In this document: positions 6,431 through 6,819 of the stretch, one piece after another
Position numbering within the stretch: position 1 is the stretch's first letter
How the letters are laid out: every line of letters starts with the position of its first letter
Source of the DNA: Vitrella brassicaformis CCMP3155
Taxonomy: Eukaryota > Protista > Chromerida
DNA length: 6,819 nt
NCBI GenBank assembly: GCA_001179505.1
Contig: CDMY01000997.1
Span: 1-6,819, forward strand
Reading direction: 5' to 3'
The notes under the pieces: generated by a model
Database searches by the model: none
What the model was told of the DNA's origin: nothing
Seen by the model: only the letters and a program-made list of their open reading frames with translations
Translations under genes and position numbers: made by a program

Positions 6431-6819
6431 ATGTCTGCGAGTCAGCCCATGTCGGTCAAGTTCGAGGGCTCTGAGGACACTCTGACCATATCAGAGGCCG
6501 TGGCGCAGCAGTACACCTTCTTCCAAGCCGTAAGGAACCGATCATGGCACTGCATGTGCTGCTGGGTGCAAGATCTGACTGCCTTCGTGTGTTGTGCTGC
6601 AGTTGCTGGACGGCGGTTTCCAGGAGTCGGCCGAGCGCACAGTGACGCTCAAGGAGATCTCCCGGCCAATAGCTGCCGTCGTGCTGCAGAGGAGAAACGA
6701 CATGCTCAAAGATATCACACGAGAGGTACCGGGGTGCACACTGCCGTCTTTCCCATGTCGGATGCTGCTGTCACTCATTGTGCGTCTGTCTGTGCTAGAA
6801 TCTGTTGGATTGCTTGTCG
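6431..6819 (+). CDS. BTB/POZ (SKP1/Elongin-C-like fold) domain protein, 5' part; join(6431..6529, 6603..6725, 6799..>6819)
   Basis: The spliced translation is MSASQPMSVKFEGSEDTLTISEAVAQQYTFFQA|LLDGGFQESAERTVTLKEISRPIAAVVLQRRNDMLKDITRE|NLLDCLS. FFQALLDGGFQESAERTVTLKEIS matches the BTB consensus (YFxAMFxGGFxESxxxxIxLxDIS), and ITRENLLDCL matches the later LTxENVLELL helix. Both introns are phase-0 GT-AG. The family call is by eye, with no HMM search. Confidence 0.72.
   Translation, partial: MSASQPMSVKFEGSEDTLTISEAVAQQYTFFQAVRNRSWHCMCCWVQDLTAFVCCAAVAGRRFPGVGRAHSDAQGDLPANSCRRAAEEKRHAQRYHTRGTGVHTAVFPMSDAAVTHCASVCARICWIAC
6530..6602 (+). other. Intron 1 of the BTB-like gene (73 nt)
   Basis: Donor GCC|GTAAGG, CTGAC branch-like motif at 6575-6579 and acceptor tgtgctgCAG|TTG. 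Confidence 0.85.
6726..6798 (+). other. Intron 2 of the BTB-like gene (73 nt)
   Basis: Donor GAG|GTACCG, CTCAT branch-like motif and acceptor tctgtgcTAG|AAT. Confidence 0.72.

Noticed and set aside
6542-6778. 78-aa minus-strand ORF
   Set aside because: It is antisense to the BTB-like gene's exon 2 and introns and has no motifs.
1-6819. rRNA, tRNA, CRISPR arrays and transposon ends
   Set aside because: I saw no cloverleaf, rRNA signature, regularly spaced direct repeats, terminal inverted repeats or transposase/RT motifs. Nearly all of the sequence is explained by the two spliced genes.

Overview
Intron-containing eukaryotic DNA, roughly 60% GC by eye, with short GT-AG introns of 70-97 nt. 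Most of the window (1..5976, minus strand) is the 5' part of a type I polyketide/fatty-acid megasynthase. I reconstruct it in frame as join(complement(5031..5976, 4764..4933, 4524..4667, 4357..4447, 3705..4268, 433..3616, 1..362)), about 1820 codons including a 300-N gap. The domain order is fatty acyl-AMP ligase (FAAL) - ACP - KS - AT (malonyl-type HAFH) - DH, and the gene runs off the left edge. All catalytic motifs that lie outside the gap are intact. Unusual features are a KS-AT junction of only 26 aa, which lacks the usual ~100-aa linker domain, and extra insertions in the FAAL. A gene missing from the ORF track starts head-to-head 454 bp upstream on the plus strand (6431..>6819, three exons) and encodes a BTB/POZ-like N-terminus. 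The architecture resembles apicomplexan/chromerid acyl-ligase-loaded FAS/PKS enzymes. A chromerid such as Vitrella is my inference for the source and is not verified.
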